DNA of 64,000 bases from Mobula birostris. Its lineage: Eukaryota. Position numbers and translations under genes: made by a program. Below, piece after piece: positions 39,431-50,527 of the stretch. The notes under the pieces were generated by a model. That model was not told the DNA's origin. It was given only the letters and a program-made list of their open reading frames with translations, and searched no databases. Numbering within the stretch: the first letter of the stretch is position 1; each line of letters begins with the position of its first letter. The stretch spans positions 100,952,699 through 101,016,698 of the forward strand of contig NC_092382.1 of NCBI RefSeq assembly GCF_030028105.1, written 5' to 3'.

Positions 39431-40344
39431 TTTTGTGGGTTTGCCTGTGGCGTGTGCGCCGGACTTGGGTTCTTACCTCAGGGTCAGATCTCAGTGGACT
39501 AGGAGAAGCGTGGAGTTAGTGCGATAGATGGCCTCTAACTCCAACCCCTACCCAATGGGTGCGGCAAGTGGGCTGTAGCCAAGTGCAGACAATGCCACCA
39601 AACGCGAGGTTTGATTGGTCCGCCGTCGTCCAGTGTACGGCGTTGAATGCGCATGCGCCTGAAATCGTTGCAACTAACTGGCACTTCATATATTCTTGTT
39701 CGCTGTTCGCTACCGATGACGTATCTGGGAACTGAATTCGTCGTAAATTCGTCGCAAGTTTCCAAGTAGACCGCCGGTCGTTTCCTCCGATTCCAGAAAG
39801 TGCAAACTGTACCCCCCGGAGTAGCTTAGTTTTCCGTTAATACTGGGCCTATCTCTCTCTGTCTCCCTCCAACGCCGTCATCCCTCATTGACGAGAGAGT
39901 AGGGGAGAGCAAGAGAGTCAATCTTTTGAAGGAGCAGTTTTAAGGCGAGAGGGGTGCGATTTAATAACGACCTGTGTGGCAACATCTTCATCCGGACGGT
40001 TGTCATTGTACGGAACGAGCGACCAGAGGAAGTGATTTAGGCAAGTACAATGAGAAGGTGCAAGATACACTTCGACAGGGGCATGTACAGAACAGTTTTA
40101 GAGGGAAGTTTTCACTGTGCTTCCTACCGCCCAGAAGTGTGTTCTGGAACATGTGGAAGAAGGTTCACTTTGCGGGAGTCTGTACAGGAACGGTGCGGAG
40201 GGAGTCAGACTGCGTGTCTGACCACGGGAGTGCGTGGATCGCTGTCCTGCACTGAGACACTCTGTTTAACATAATTGGTTAGCGCAGTGGCGCTGGGCGA
40301 ATTGGCCAGGGCCCTTCAATTTCGGTACCTCTTGGAAGTCGATG

Positions 40345-41948
40345 CAAATCGGTTATGTGCAGGCCCAGGGCCAGATGGTCTGCATCCCAGAATGCTAAAG
40401 GAAGTAGCCCAAGAAATAGTGGATGCATTAGTGATAATGTTTCAAAACTCTTTAGATTCTGGACTAGTTCCTGAGGATTGGAGGGTTGCTAATGTAACCC
40501 CACTGTTTAAATAAGGAGGGAGAGAGAAACCAGGGATTTATAGACTGGTTAGCCTAACATCGGTGGTGGGGAAACTGCTAGAGTCATTTATCAAAGATGT
40601 GATAACAGCACATTTGGAAAGCGGTGATATCATCGGACAAAATCAGCATGGATTTGTGAAAGGAAAATCATGTCTGACGAAACTCATAGAATTTTTTGAG
40701 GATGTAACTAGTAGACTGGATAGGGGAGAACCAGTGGATGTGGTATATTTGGATTTTCAAAAGGCTTTTGACGAGGTCCCACACAGGACATTAGTGTGCA
40801 AACTTAAAGCACACGGTATTGGGGGTAAGGTATTGATGTGGATAGAGAATTGGTTGGCAGACAGGAAGCAATGAGTGGGAATAAACGGGTCCGTTTCAGA
40901 ATGGCAGGCAGTGACTAGTGGGGTACCACAAGGCTCAGTGCTGGGACGCCAGTTGTTTACAATATATATTAATAACTTGGATGAGGGAATTAAATGCAGC
41001 ATCTCCAAGTTTGCGGATGACACGAAGCTGGGCGGCAGTGTTAGCTGTGAGGAGGATGCTAAGAGGATGCAGGGTGACTTGGATAGGTTAGGTGAGTGGG
41101 CAAATTCATGGCAGATGCAAATTATTGTTGATAAATGTGAGGTTATCCACTTTGGTGGCAAAAACAGGAAAACAGATTATTATTTGAATGGTGGCCGATT
41201 AGGAAAAGGGGAGGTGCAACGAGACCTGGGTGTCATTATACACCAGTCATTGAAAGTGGGCATGCAGGTACAGCAGGCGGTGAAAAAGGCAAATGGTATG
41301 CTGGCATTTATAGCGAGAGGATTCGAGTACAGGAGCAGAGAGGTACTACTGCAGTTGTACAAGGCCTTGGTGAGACCACACTTGGAGTATTGTGTGCCGT
41401 TTTGGTCCCCTAATCTGAGGAAACACATTCTTGCCATAGAGGGAGTGCAAAGAAGGTTCACCAGATTGATTCCTGGGATGACAGGACTTTCATATGATGA
41501 AAGACTGGATGAACTGGGCTTATACTCGTTGGAATTTAGAAGATTGAGGGGGGATCTGATTGAAACGTATACAATCCTAAAGGGATTGGACAGGCTAGAT
41601 GCAGGAAGATTGTTCCCGATGTTGGGGAAGTCCAGAACGAGGGGTCATAGTTTGAAGATAAAGGGGGAGCCTTTTAGGACCGAGGTTAGGAAAAACTTCT
41701 TCACACAGAGAGTGCTGAATCTGTGGAATTCTCTGCCACAGGAAACAGTTGAGGCCAGTTCATTGGCTATATTTAAGAGGGAGTTAGTTATGGCCCTGGA
41801 GGCTAAAAGGATCGGGGGTATGGAGGGAAGGCTGGTGCAGGATTCTGAGTTGGATGATCGACCATGATCATACTGAATGGCGGTGCAGGCTTGAAGGGCC
41901 GAACGGCCTACTCCTGCACCTATTTTCTATGTTTCTATGTTTCTATGT
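40345..41948 (+). mobile_element. CR1-type LINE, 5'-truncated RT and 3' end, inactive
   Basis: GPDGLHPRMLKE, QHGFVKGKSCLT, LDFQKAFD, GVPQGSVLG and KFADDTKL motifs; stops at 40512-40514 and 40872-40874; (TTTCTATG)n tail. Confidence 0.92.
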
Positions 41949-43883
41949 GCACAAACGCAGACGCAGTGGCGGGTCAGACACACGATTCGCATCAACAGAC
42001 TCCGCAATCCTAACCGCCCCAGACCAAGATCACCACCCCTCTGCTTGCCCGTCTAGGTTGCCCTCGATCAAATGTCAAAGCCAATGTTTCGTCAGAGTAC
42101 ATGTACAGTAAATCGCCATATTTAGCTTCAGCTTCATTTTATTGCGAGTATTTACAGGAAAATAAAGTAATAAAGTCACAGAATCTATGAAAACAAATAC
42201 TTCTTGCACAAGAAAACAGAGTGTAATTAAATTTAGTCCTGAGAGGATGAGTTGTTCAGTACTTGAAAGTGTGTCTGTAGGGTGTAGGACAAATTCAGAG
42301 TTGAGGTGAGTGAACACGGGACAAATGGTTTGGCATAGAGCCCCATCTTGCGCCGGATGGACGGTTGTCGCAATTCCAGGATTCTCAGGGATGTTTGTGG
42401 ATGTTCATTCATGGCAGCCTCGCCTTTGACAATGGCGCAATTTACATAGAATCAGGCCACACCTCTATAACCTCACACATGTGAAGGGAATCCGGACATC
42501 CAACAAGGGAAAATCACCCCGACATAAACACAGTCAAACACACACACACACGCGCGCGCGCGCAGACCCTGACGGTTATTACCACCAGATGAAAAGACAA
42601 ATGCCGTTTTCCAAGTTTAATCGCGTCCGCCGGAGAGGACATCTAATTTCAATGACTGAACACACGGGGAGACGTGCGAGTTATGGCCGGCCACTGGTGC
42701 TTGGTCATTGAAGTTTTGACCTTGCAGTTTAGGGACATGAGTTCGGAAGGATGTTTCGAATTTTCGGCCCTCTACCAAGCTAAACCACGACCAATGAACA
42801 CCAACCCTTAGCGTGGTTCTGCGCTATTTTGACTTACTTGGGATCAACCTCAGAATAAGTAGGATACAATGTGTCCCACATGCCATTATCTGCCCGAGAG
42901 AGACACCAGCCGCTTTGGCATAAGGTGCAGCAGAATGACAGCATTCAGGAGAAGCAGTTCGCCTTGACTGTTTGGACTGCGGCTGTGCCACTCGCCCGTT
43001 GACGTCTGCGTCACTTCCTGCGCGTCATGCGCCGAGCATCATTTCAAATCAAAACCCAAAAGCAGAGCGAAGTTGGAAGGCCAGTTGGTGTTGGATGACA
43101 GTTTCAGTATTTGCTGAGAAAAATACGTACGAAAGACTGTTCTTTTGATTTGGTAATTAATCAGAGGTTAAGGAACTACCACCAGTAAAAACACGATTAT
43201 GAATTTCCGTTGTGTATTATTTCCAACTCTGTCTCACTTTCTCTGTCTCTGACTATCTCTCCCTAGATACCTATCAACCTCTCTATCTGTATATCTATAT
43301 GTCTATCTCTCCATCCAACGATGTATGTATGTATGTATGTATGTATCTATGTATCGATCGATCTCGCTACCAGTCAATTATCTAACTGTATTTCTACTTT
43401 CTGTTCATCGGTTGAAATCTCACTGGTATCTGTTCTGGGGAAGGTTTGCCCTGTACAACAGGGACGGGCTACACATGAGCGCAAGGGGGGACAAATTCTC
43501 TTCCTGGCCGGTTTGTTAAAGGTGCTCAGGAGGGTTTAAGCTAATTATTAATCTACAAATAAATAATTCATACAAACATAACATAGATTTGTTATTATTG
43601 CCAGAAGTCAAAATGAATATTGTTTTGAATGCCATCTCTGCACATAATTTAACTCATTCAGTTGTAAATGTTGCTGTGGCTCAAAGGGTGCTTGCCACGT
43701 TTCTTCAGCTCCGTGAGAAATTCGAGGCGCTTTTTTTTGTGTTAAGTGTTCCTGCGTCGTTACCTGTTTTTTTTTTCCTGATCTGAATTCCTGATATTCA
43801 GTTTTGGGTTGTGCGGATGGGAAGAATCAAAATGCAATTGCAGTGTTATGCTGGACGCGACCCGGACAGTGAAGCTCAATGCG

Positions 43884-43899
43884 CAGCGACCCCTACTGG
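43884..43899 (-). promoter_or_regulatory. CTCF-like motif 42 nt beyond the V14 nonamer
   Basis: CCAGTAGGGGTCGCTG, one mismatch to CCASYAGRKGGCRCTR. Confidence 0.5.
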
Positions 43900-43980
43900 T
43901 GGGAAATAGCGGGTTCTGAGCCTTCAGTGATTGTGCAGAACAGTTTTTGTCAGAGGCGGCTCGACTTCTCAACCCTTGTG

Positions 43981-44391
43981 CGCTACTAGAGGCGCAGAAA
44001 TAGACGGCCGAGTGAAAGTGCGAGGCGTTCTTTAGTTCCAGTTGAAAGAAAGTGCTGCTGGGTCTTGTTGCCGCGTAGGATTTCGACGTCTAACTGTTGA
44101 CTATATCTTTCCCAGTAGAATAGAAAAGAGCTTCTACTGTGCCGTCCGGTTTCTGTCTGTACCAGTACATTTCAGGATAGGCCGAATTCAGCAGTGTGCA
44201 TTGGACGGTGCTTGACTCACCAAATCCAATTGACAGGGAAGGGGGCGACTGTTCCACGTACACGACCAGAATCCCTGCAAGGAAGAAATTCCATTAGAGC
44301 TGAGTTACCTTCCCCAGAACCATTGTTATCCTGACTTACGCGGGATCAATGCCACGATCAGCGGAGAACGATATGTTTCACGCATCATCAT
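43981..44391 (-). pseudogene. TRBV: TRBV pseudogene V14 (family E, CASS end); leader 44391-44340, exon 44274-43981
   Basis: VEQSPPSLS..QCTLL..WYRQ..YFCASSS with an in-frame TAG at 44092-44090 (TAC in V20). The intron is 65 nt. RSS is CACAAGG 43980-43974, 23 nt, ACAAAAACT 43950-43942. Confidence 0.88.
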
Positions 44392-44606
44392 TCACAGGAT
44401 AGAGACGAGCGGGCTTTGGGATGGAGTGCCGTTCAAGTCCAGCTTTCAAAAGAAGTATTCTGCGGTGCCCGATATAATTGCTCATGTCGATTGGTCCTGT
44501 GACGTCTGTCATTTCCTGTGTAATTTCTTCTGTCGTCATTGGAAAGCCAAAAGAGAGTGGCGGTCGCGTTAGTGAGGAAAGGTAACTACAGGACTGCAGA
44601 CACACA

Positions 44607-44639
<33 letters not shown>

Positions 44640-45355
44640 CCACGCTCAGACGCATACACTCCCGTACATACACAGAGATCGATCTATTTATGCCTATCTT
44701 CCTGAGTTATTAATAACGCTTCCGTGTGTATGCCTGCTGATCCTGGACTCTCAGGCTGAAAGCGCGTCATAGTCACAGGGAATTTCCAGGCGGGTTGATG
44801 CAGAAGATGTGGTTTTACTGCAGCTGTGCGGGGAAGTAGGGAGGTGGGGGTTGTGGGGGGGGGGGCGAATATCATTTGTCGCCTTGTACGAGGAGAAGCG
44901 ATCAATAATGTAAAATCTGTTTCTAGCTCCCGTTGGGCAACTTCTGGCTGGAATATAACGAAAGATTAGAAGAAGCAGCGAATGTATGCAGGGGCAACAA
45001 TAGGGAAAACACGCGCGCACACACACACACACACACCCCTACTTATCTATCTGTGTACCTTTTTATCTATCTATCTATCTATCTATCTATCTCTATCTCG
45101 ATCTGAATCTTTATCTATCAATCTTCCTGAATTATTCGTAAAGCATTTGTGTGCGTCGACTGATCTCGGACTCACATGCTGAGAGCGTGAAAGTTACAGG
45201 GAATTTCTGCCATTGATCTCGCCGGCTCCAACACCTCAGGGCATATTCAAAACCCGGACTCCAACAACGACCATGGACACCTTCACAGCGATTGCGCAAC
45301 CACCAACTGCGACTCCAGCCTTGAACTCCAGGCCGGGTCTTTATGTGCTGCTGTT

Positions 45356-47725
45356 GTGACTCCCGTCTCCCCTTCCCCCACCACCACACCGCAGCCCCGT
45401 CTTCTTCAGATCCCACCGTCAACTCCTGGACCCTCAGAGGCTCCAACTTCCTCTCACCCCAACCCTCCCCTCTCCACTGACACCCCCAGCCTCCCCCCTC
45501 CCCCCTCTGATCCCAGCTCTCATCCGTGCCGGGTCTTTACCATCCCCTCCGACCTTCAACTGTCGGAGGCAGAACGCTCTGTTCTCAGTAAGGGCCTCAC
45601 GTTTGTCCCCCTTCGCCCACACCTCAGCGAGTTCCGTGTTCGCCATGATGCGGAACTTTTCTTCCGCCGTCTCCTTCTCCGAGCGTACTTCTTCGGCAAG
45701 GACTCTTCCACCCCCACCGATGACCCCTTCTCCCGTCTTCAACCCTCCTCTTCTTCATGGACACCCCGCTCTGGTCTTCTGCCTGCTCTGGATTTCTTTA
45801 TCGCTAATTGCCGACGGGACATCAACCGTCTCCACTTCACCGCACCTTGTCCCCATTCCAACCTCACTCCTTCGGAACGCTCTGCTCTCCACTCCCTCCG
45901 CACTAATCCTAACCTTATTATTAAACCCGCCGATAAGGGGGGTGCTGTTGTAGTCTGGCGTACCGACCTCTACCTTGCCAAGGCACAGCGACAACTCGCG
46001 GATACCTCCTCTTATTTACCCCTCGATCGTGACCCCACTAAGGAACACCAGGACATTGTCTCCCACACCATCACCGACTTTATCCGCTCAGGGGATCTCC
46101 CATCCACTGCTACCAACCTTATAGTTCCCACACCCCGCACTTCCCGTTTCTACCTCCTACCCAATAACCACAAACCTGCCTGTCCTGGCCGACCTATTGT
46201 CTCAGCTTGCTCCTGCCCCACCGAACTCGTTTCTGCATACCTCGACACGGTTTTATCACCCCTTGTTCAATCCCTTCCGACCTATGTTCGTGACACTTCT
46301 CACGCTCTTAAACTTCTCGATGATTTTAAGTTCCCTGGCCCCCACCGCTTTATTTTCACCATGGATGTCCAGTCCTTATATACTTCCATTCCCCATCAGG
46401 AAGGTCTCAAAGCTCTACGCTTCTTTTTGGATTCCAGACCTAATCAGTTCCCCTCTACCACCACTCTGCTCCGTCTAGCGGAATTAGTCCTTACTCTTAA
46501 TAATTTCTCCTTTGGCTCCTCCCACTTCCTCCAAACTAAAGGTGTAGATATGGGCACCCGTATGGGTCCTGGCTATGCCTGCCTTTCTGTTGGGTTTGTG
46601 GAACAATCTATGTTCCGTGCCTATTCTGGTATCTGTCCCCCACTTTTCTTTCGCTACATCGACGACTGCATTGGCGCTGCTTCCTGCACGCATGCAGAAC
46701 TCGTTGACTTTATTAACTTTGCCTCCAACTTTCACCCTGCCCTCAAGTTTACCTGGTCCATTTCCGACACCTCCCTCCCCTTTCTAGATCTATCTGTCTC
46801 TGTCTCTGGAGACAGCTTATCCACTGATGTCCACTATAAGCCTACTGACTCTCACAGCTATCTGGACTATTCCTCTTCTCACCCTGTCTCTTGCAAAAAC
46901 GCCATCCCCTTCTCGAAATTCCTCCTTCTCCGCCGCATCTGCTCTCAGGATGAGGCTTTTCATTCTAGGACGAGGGAGATGTCTTCCTTTTTTAAAGAAA
47001 GGGGCTTCCCTTCCTCCACTATCAACTCTGCTCTTAAACGCATCTCCCCCATTTCACGTACATCTGCTCTCACTCCATCCTCCCGCCACCCCACTAGGAA
47101 TAGGGCTCCCCTGGTCCTCACCTACCACCCCACCAGCCTCCGGGTCCAACATATTATTCTCCGTAACTTCCGCCACCTCCAACGGGATCCCACCACTAAG
47201 CACATCTTTCCCTCCCCCCCTCTCTCTGCATTCCGCAGGGATCGCTCCCGACGCAGCTCCCTTGTCCATTCGTCCCCCCCCCCATCCCTCCCCACTGATC
47301 TCCCTCCTGGCACTTATCCGTGTAAGCGGAACAAGTGCTACACATGCCCTTACACTTCCTCCCTTACCACCATTCAGGTCCCCAAACAGTCCTTCCAGGT
47401 GAGGCAACACTTCACCTGTAAGTCGGCTGGGGTGATATACTGCGTCCGGTGCTCCCGATGTGGCCTTGTATATATTGGCGAGACCCGACGCAGACTGGGA
47501 GACCGCTTTGCTGAACATCTACGCTCTGTCCGCCAGAGAAAGCAGGATCTCCCAGTGGCCACACATTTTAATTCCATATCCCATTCCCATTCTGACATGT
47601 CTATCCACGGCCTCCTCTACTGTAAAGATGAAGCCACACTCAGGTTGGAGGAACAACACCCTATATTCCATCTGGGTAGCCTCCAACCTGATGGCATGAA
47701 CATCGACTTCTCTAACTTCCGCTAA
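45356..47725 (+). CDS. Penelope-like reverse transcriptase / GIY-YIG endonuclease ORF (789 aa as called; frame open from 45209)
   Basis: RT motifs FTMDVQSLYT, MGTRMGP and FRYIDDCI; GIY-YIG-like VIYCVRCSRCGLVYIGETRRRLGDRFAEH. No stop codons, and no in-frame ATG ahead of the RT core. Confidence 0.92.
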   Translation: MTPVSPSPTTTPQPRLLQIPPSTPGPSEAPTSSHPNPPLSTDTPSLPPPPSDPSSHPCRVFTIPSDLQLSEAERSVLSKGLTFVPLRPHLSEFRVRHDAELFFRRLLLRAYFFGKDSSTPTDDPFSRLQPSSSSWTPRSGLLPALDFFIANCRRDINRLHFTAPCPHSNLTPSERSALHSLRTNPNLIIKPADKGGAVVVWRTDLYLAKAQRQLADTSSYLPLDRDPTKEHQDIVSHTITDFIRSGDLPSTATNLIVPTPRTSRFYLLPNNHKPACPGRPIVSACSCPTELVSAYLDTVLSPLVQSLPTYVRDTSHALKLLDDFKFPGPHRFIFTMDVQSLYTSIPHQEGLKALRFFLDSRPNQFPSTTTLLRLAELVLTLNNFSFGSSHFLQTKGVDMGTRMGPGYACLSVGFVEQSMFRAYSGICPPLFFRYIDDCIGAASCTHAELVDFINFASNFHPALKFTWSISDTSLPFLDLSVSVSGDSLSTDVHYKPTDSHSYLDYSSSHPVSCKNAIPFSKFLLLRRICSQDEAFHSRTREMSSFFKERGFPSSTINSALKRISPISRTSALTPSSRHPTRNRAPLVLTYHPTSLRVQHIILRNFRHLQRDPTTKHIFPSPPLSAFRRDRSRRSSLVHSSPPPSLPTDLPPGTYPCKRNKCYTCPYTSSLTTIQVPKQSFQVRQHFTCKSAGVIYCVRCSRCGLVYIGETRRRLGDRFAEHLRSVRQRKQDLPVATHFNSISHSHSDMSIHGLLYCKDEATLRLEEQHPIFHLGSLQPDGMNIDFSNFR

Positions 47726-48021
47726 GGCCCCACCTCCCCCTCGTACCCCATCTGTTACTTATTTTTATGCACACATTCTTTCGCTCATTCTCCTTTTTCT
47801 CCATCTGTCCCCCTGAATATACCTCTTGCCCATCCTCTGGGTCCCCCCCCCCCCTTGTCTTTCTTCCCGGAACTCCTGCCCCATGATCCTCTCGTATCCC
47901 CTTTTGCCTATCACCTGTCCAGCTCTTGGCTCTATCCCTCCCCCTCCTGTCTTCTCATATCATTTTGGATCTCCCCCTCCCCCTCCAACTTTCAAATCCC
48001 TTACTCACTCTTCCTTCAGTT

Positions 48022-48057
48022 AGTCCTGACGAAGGGTCTCGGCCTGAAACGTCGACT
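48022..48057 (+). ncRNA. Minimal type I hammerhead ribozyme motif in the Penelope 3' end
   Basis: AGTC-CTGACGA-AGGGTCTCGGCCT-GAAAC-GTC/GACT. Helix I is AGTC:GACT, the core is intact, and helix III is reduced to palindromic ACGT. Predicted cleavage is after C48053. Confidence 0.75.
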
Positions 48058-48943
48058 GCACCTCTTCCTACGGCCTGGCCTATTGCGTTCACCAGCAACT
48101 TTGATGTGTGTTGAGGGAATTTTGTGGCGGGTTGATGCAGAATTTGTGGTTTCGCAGCCGCTCTCCGGCTGACAATGAACAGCGTTCGTGTCCAAGTCCT
48201 CAGAATGGGCAAGAAATGAGCTTCCGGCAGCCGCGGTGGAGGCGGATACGATTAGGTCTATTTAGAGACTTTTGGAAAGGGACATGCAGCTTAGAAAAAT
48301 ATAGGGCCATGGGTAAGCCTAGTAATTTCTAAGGTAAGGAATTGTTCGGCACAACTTTGTGGGCCGAAGAGCCTGTATTATGCTTTAGGTTTTCTATCTT
48401 TCTATGTTTCTAAGATAGTTTGACCGTATAATGATTATTGGTGCTAGTCCGGAGAATTTGCCTATCTCAGAAACAACTGAAATCCTGGGAACCTCCTTCA
48501 CAAAATTCTCCAGTGTTTACAGAGACTGGTGAGAACAAAATAAATTGTGGGAAATTATCTGGGTGAAAACGCCCTGTTTGGGCCAGAGAACTGCCAGACC
48601 CTATTAAGCTGACAGGAAAGCGACAGGAATTCAAATGACCGTGTTACAACAGTGGTGTGCAGAAGAGCATCTCTTAATGCACAATATGTTGAACCTTGAA
48701 GCGGATGGGCTACAAAAGCAGAAGATCACGAACATACACTGAGTGGCCTCCTTATTACGTACAGTGATGTATGTGCTAGGTGCTTGGCACCTGCGCAGTG
48801 CTGTGTGCCGTTCGCCTGGGACAGTGAGCAACGGTACATAGTCTGTTGCTGCCCCCACGCGGCAAAAAGCCCGTTCTGCAGCCCTCATGAATAGGTTGAA
48901 GAGATTTCTGTTGTCGCGGTCTGTATGGAAAAGTACAAGCATT

Positions 48944-49370
48944 GGACTTTTCAGGCCGAGACCATTCATCAGAGCTGAGAGGAAAGTTGGGGGAGGGGCG
49001 GCAGATGACAGAAATAAAAGTTGTGGGACGGGAAAAAGACCAGCTGGAAGGTGATATTTGAGGACAGATGGGTGGGAAGGGTCATGGACTGGAGAAGAAA
49101 GAATATCATAGGAGAGGTGAGTGGATAACAGGCGAAAGGGAAGCAGGGGATGGGTGAGGGGGTAATGATGGATAGGTGCGAAGAAGTAAAATGTCTGAAT
49201 GCGGAAAAGAGGCGAGGGAGAATCGATGTGCAGACGATCAGGTTGGAGGGTAGAAAGATGGAATATAAGACGTCGCTCCTGCACCTTGAGGGTGGCCTCC
49301 ACCTGACAGGAGAAGAGGCCGTGGACCGACACGTCGGAAGCGGAATGGGAATCGGAATTAAAAGTTTGGC
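48944..49370 (-). mobile_element. Degenerate Penelope-like 3' fragment
   Basis: Minus-strand translation SVHGLFSCQVEATLKVQERRLIFHLSTLQPD matches the C-terminus of the 45-48 kb ORF. A degenerate CTGATGA..GAAA motif lies near 48975-48944. Confidence 0.7.
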
Positions 49371-49749
49371 CACAGTAAATTCCCTGTGCAGTTATGCGGT
49401 GAAAAGCTTGTTCGCAGAGATCAATGCATTGGACGGTGCATTGCGATAGAGAAATGTAAGTTCATAAATTCGCTTATAATTGCCACATCTATCGAGTTCT
49501 GGGCAAAGCTGCCAAACTCCAGGAAAAGGATCATTTCCCCTCGATTTATTTAAGCTCCCAAGTCTTTGTAATTTCGGACATCTACCAACAGGTGTAAGAA
49601 GACCTGCTTACTTCACCTCCCTTCTGCTGAACCTAATATTCTCCAGTAATGAGGGCCACATGTTTTACCTCTTGAAACATCATGAGTTCCGTATCGAGCT
49701 CTCTTCCGCATTCAGTCTCTCCCTTTCTCTCTCTGCCTGAGTCTCTCAT

Positions 49750-49960
49750 TGGCAACCTGTCCAGCTCTTGGTTCCATCCCTCCCACTCCTGTCTTCTCCG
49801 ATCATTTTGGATCTCCCACTCCCCCTCCCACTTTCAAATCTCTTACTAACTCTTCCTTCAGTTAGTCCTGACGAAGTGTCTCGGCCTGAAACGTCGACTG
49901 TGCCTCTTCCTAGAGATGCTGCCTGGCCTGCTGCTTCACCAGCAACTTTGCTGTGTGTTG
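49750..49960 (+). mobile_element. Penelope pLTR-type 3' fragment with second hammerhead motif (49864-49899)
   Basis: High similarity to 47900-48113; the core CTGACGA..GAAACGTC/GACT is intact and helix II carries a mismatch. Confidence 0.75.
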
Positions 49961-50527
49961 CGTGTACACCGAAGTTCCTCTGTCCCCTGACACGCCTAAC
50001 CATTCACGGTCTTTTTAGTACCACGTACACCGCGGCCCCTCTGTTCCTCAACATTCCCCACCATGTACAGTATCTTTGTCGAACACTTATGTCCCGTGTT
50101 TCCTCTGTTCCGAATCCGTACGGTATTCTTCGTACTCTGTGTTTCCAACAACAGACAAAAAAGACACGAGCGGGAAATTTATCTTGGGGAGTGAACATTA
50201 TTGGCGCACTCAGTGGTTCTGGTTCTCCCGGACCGATGACGTGTGGGAAGGCAGGAAATGACGAGGAAGAATAGACTGGAAAGGCGAGTGTGCGAATTGT
50301 ATTCACCCAACTGGATGCTTCAGAAGAGAAGGGAAATGAAAAGCTACGGTACAATAACATCGCCCCTTATTTCACTGATTGGACGCTGCGCCGCTCACAA
50401 CTGAATGATAGGCCCACCTCCCACCATATGATTGACAGGAGTCGTGTTTCCTGTTTTTGCTGACAGCAACGACACTTCTGATAGTGAGAGTTTTTGTACA
50501 GCTGCCCAGTCACTCTGTTCCGCCGTG

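Larger units (their letters stand above)
1..39800. repeat. Five-copy tandem array of an ~8-kb cassette carrying V families A(+), B(-), C(-)
   Basis: The sequence at position 1 recurs at 8006 and 16023. The CTCF-like block recurs at 7912, 15929, 25883 and 34303. Gene order and TE relics repeat in each unit. The right boundary is approximate. Confidence 0.9.
45207..48113 (+). mobile_element. Penelope-like retroelement, 5'-truncated, with 9-bp target-site duplication
   Basis: RT and GIY-YIG ORF plus 3' pLTR-type tail. AGGGAATTT flanks both ends (45198-45206 and 48114-48122). Paralogous empty sites lie near 44777 and 63779. Confidence 0.9.

Noticed and set aside
40113-40119. Lone heptamers (40113, 21334, 30538, 57443, ~57685) as D or J RSSs
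   Set aside because: No acceptable nonamer at 12 or 23 nt. I also saw no FGxG J motif with a donor and no C exon in the window.
40050-40265. Degenerate family C V expected at the end of cassette 5
   Set aside because: It shows only faint resemblance (CTGTACAGA, ATGTTCCA, one heptamer) at the wrong spacing, with no Cys/Trp framework.
40345-41948. Active CR1 LINE
   Set aside because: It is 5'-truncated, has no endonuclease domain and carries two in-frame stops.
49380-50260. Fragmented family E relic with promoter-like CRE/ETS motifs
   Set aside because: There are short matches (GCATTGGACGGTGC, TACGTGG), but they lie ~600 nt apart, are not colinear at the expected distance, and have no RSS.
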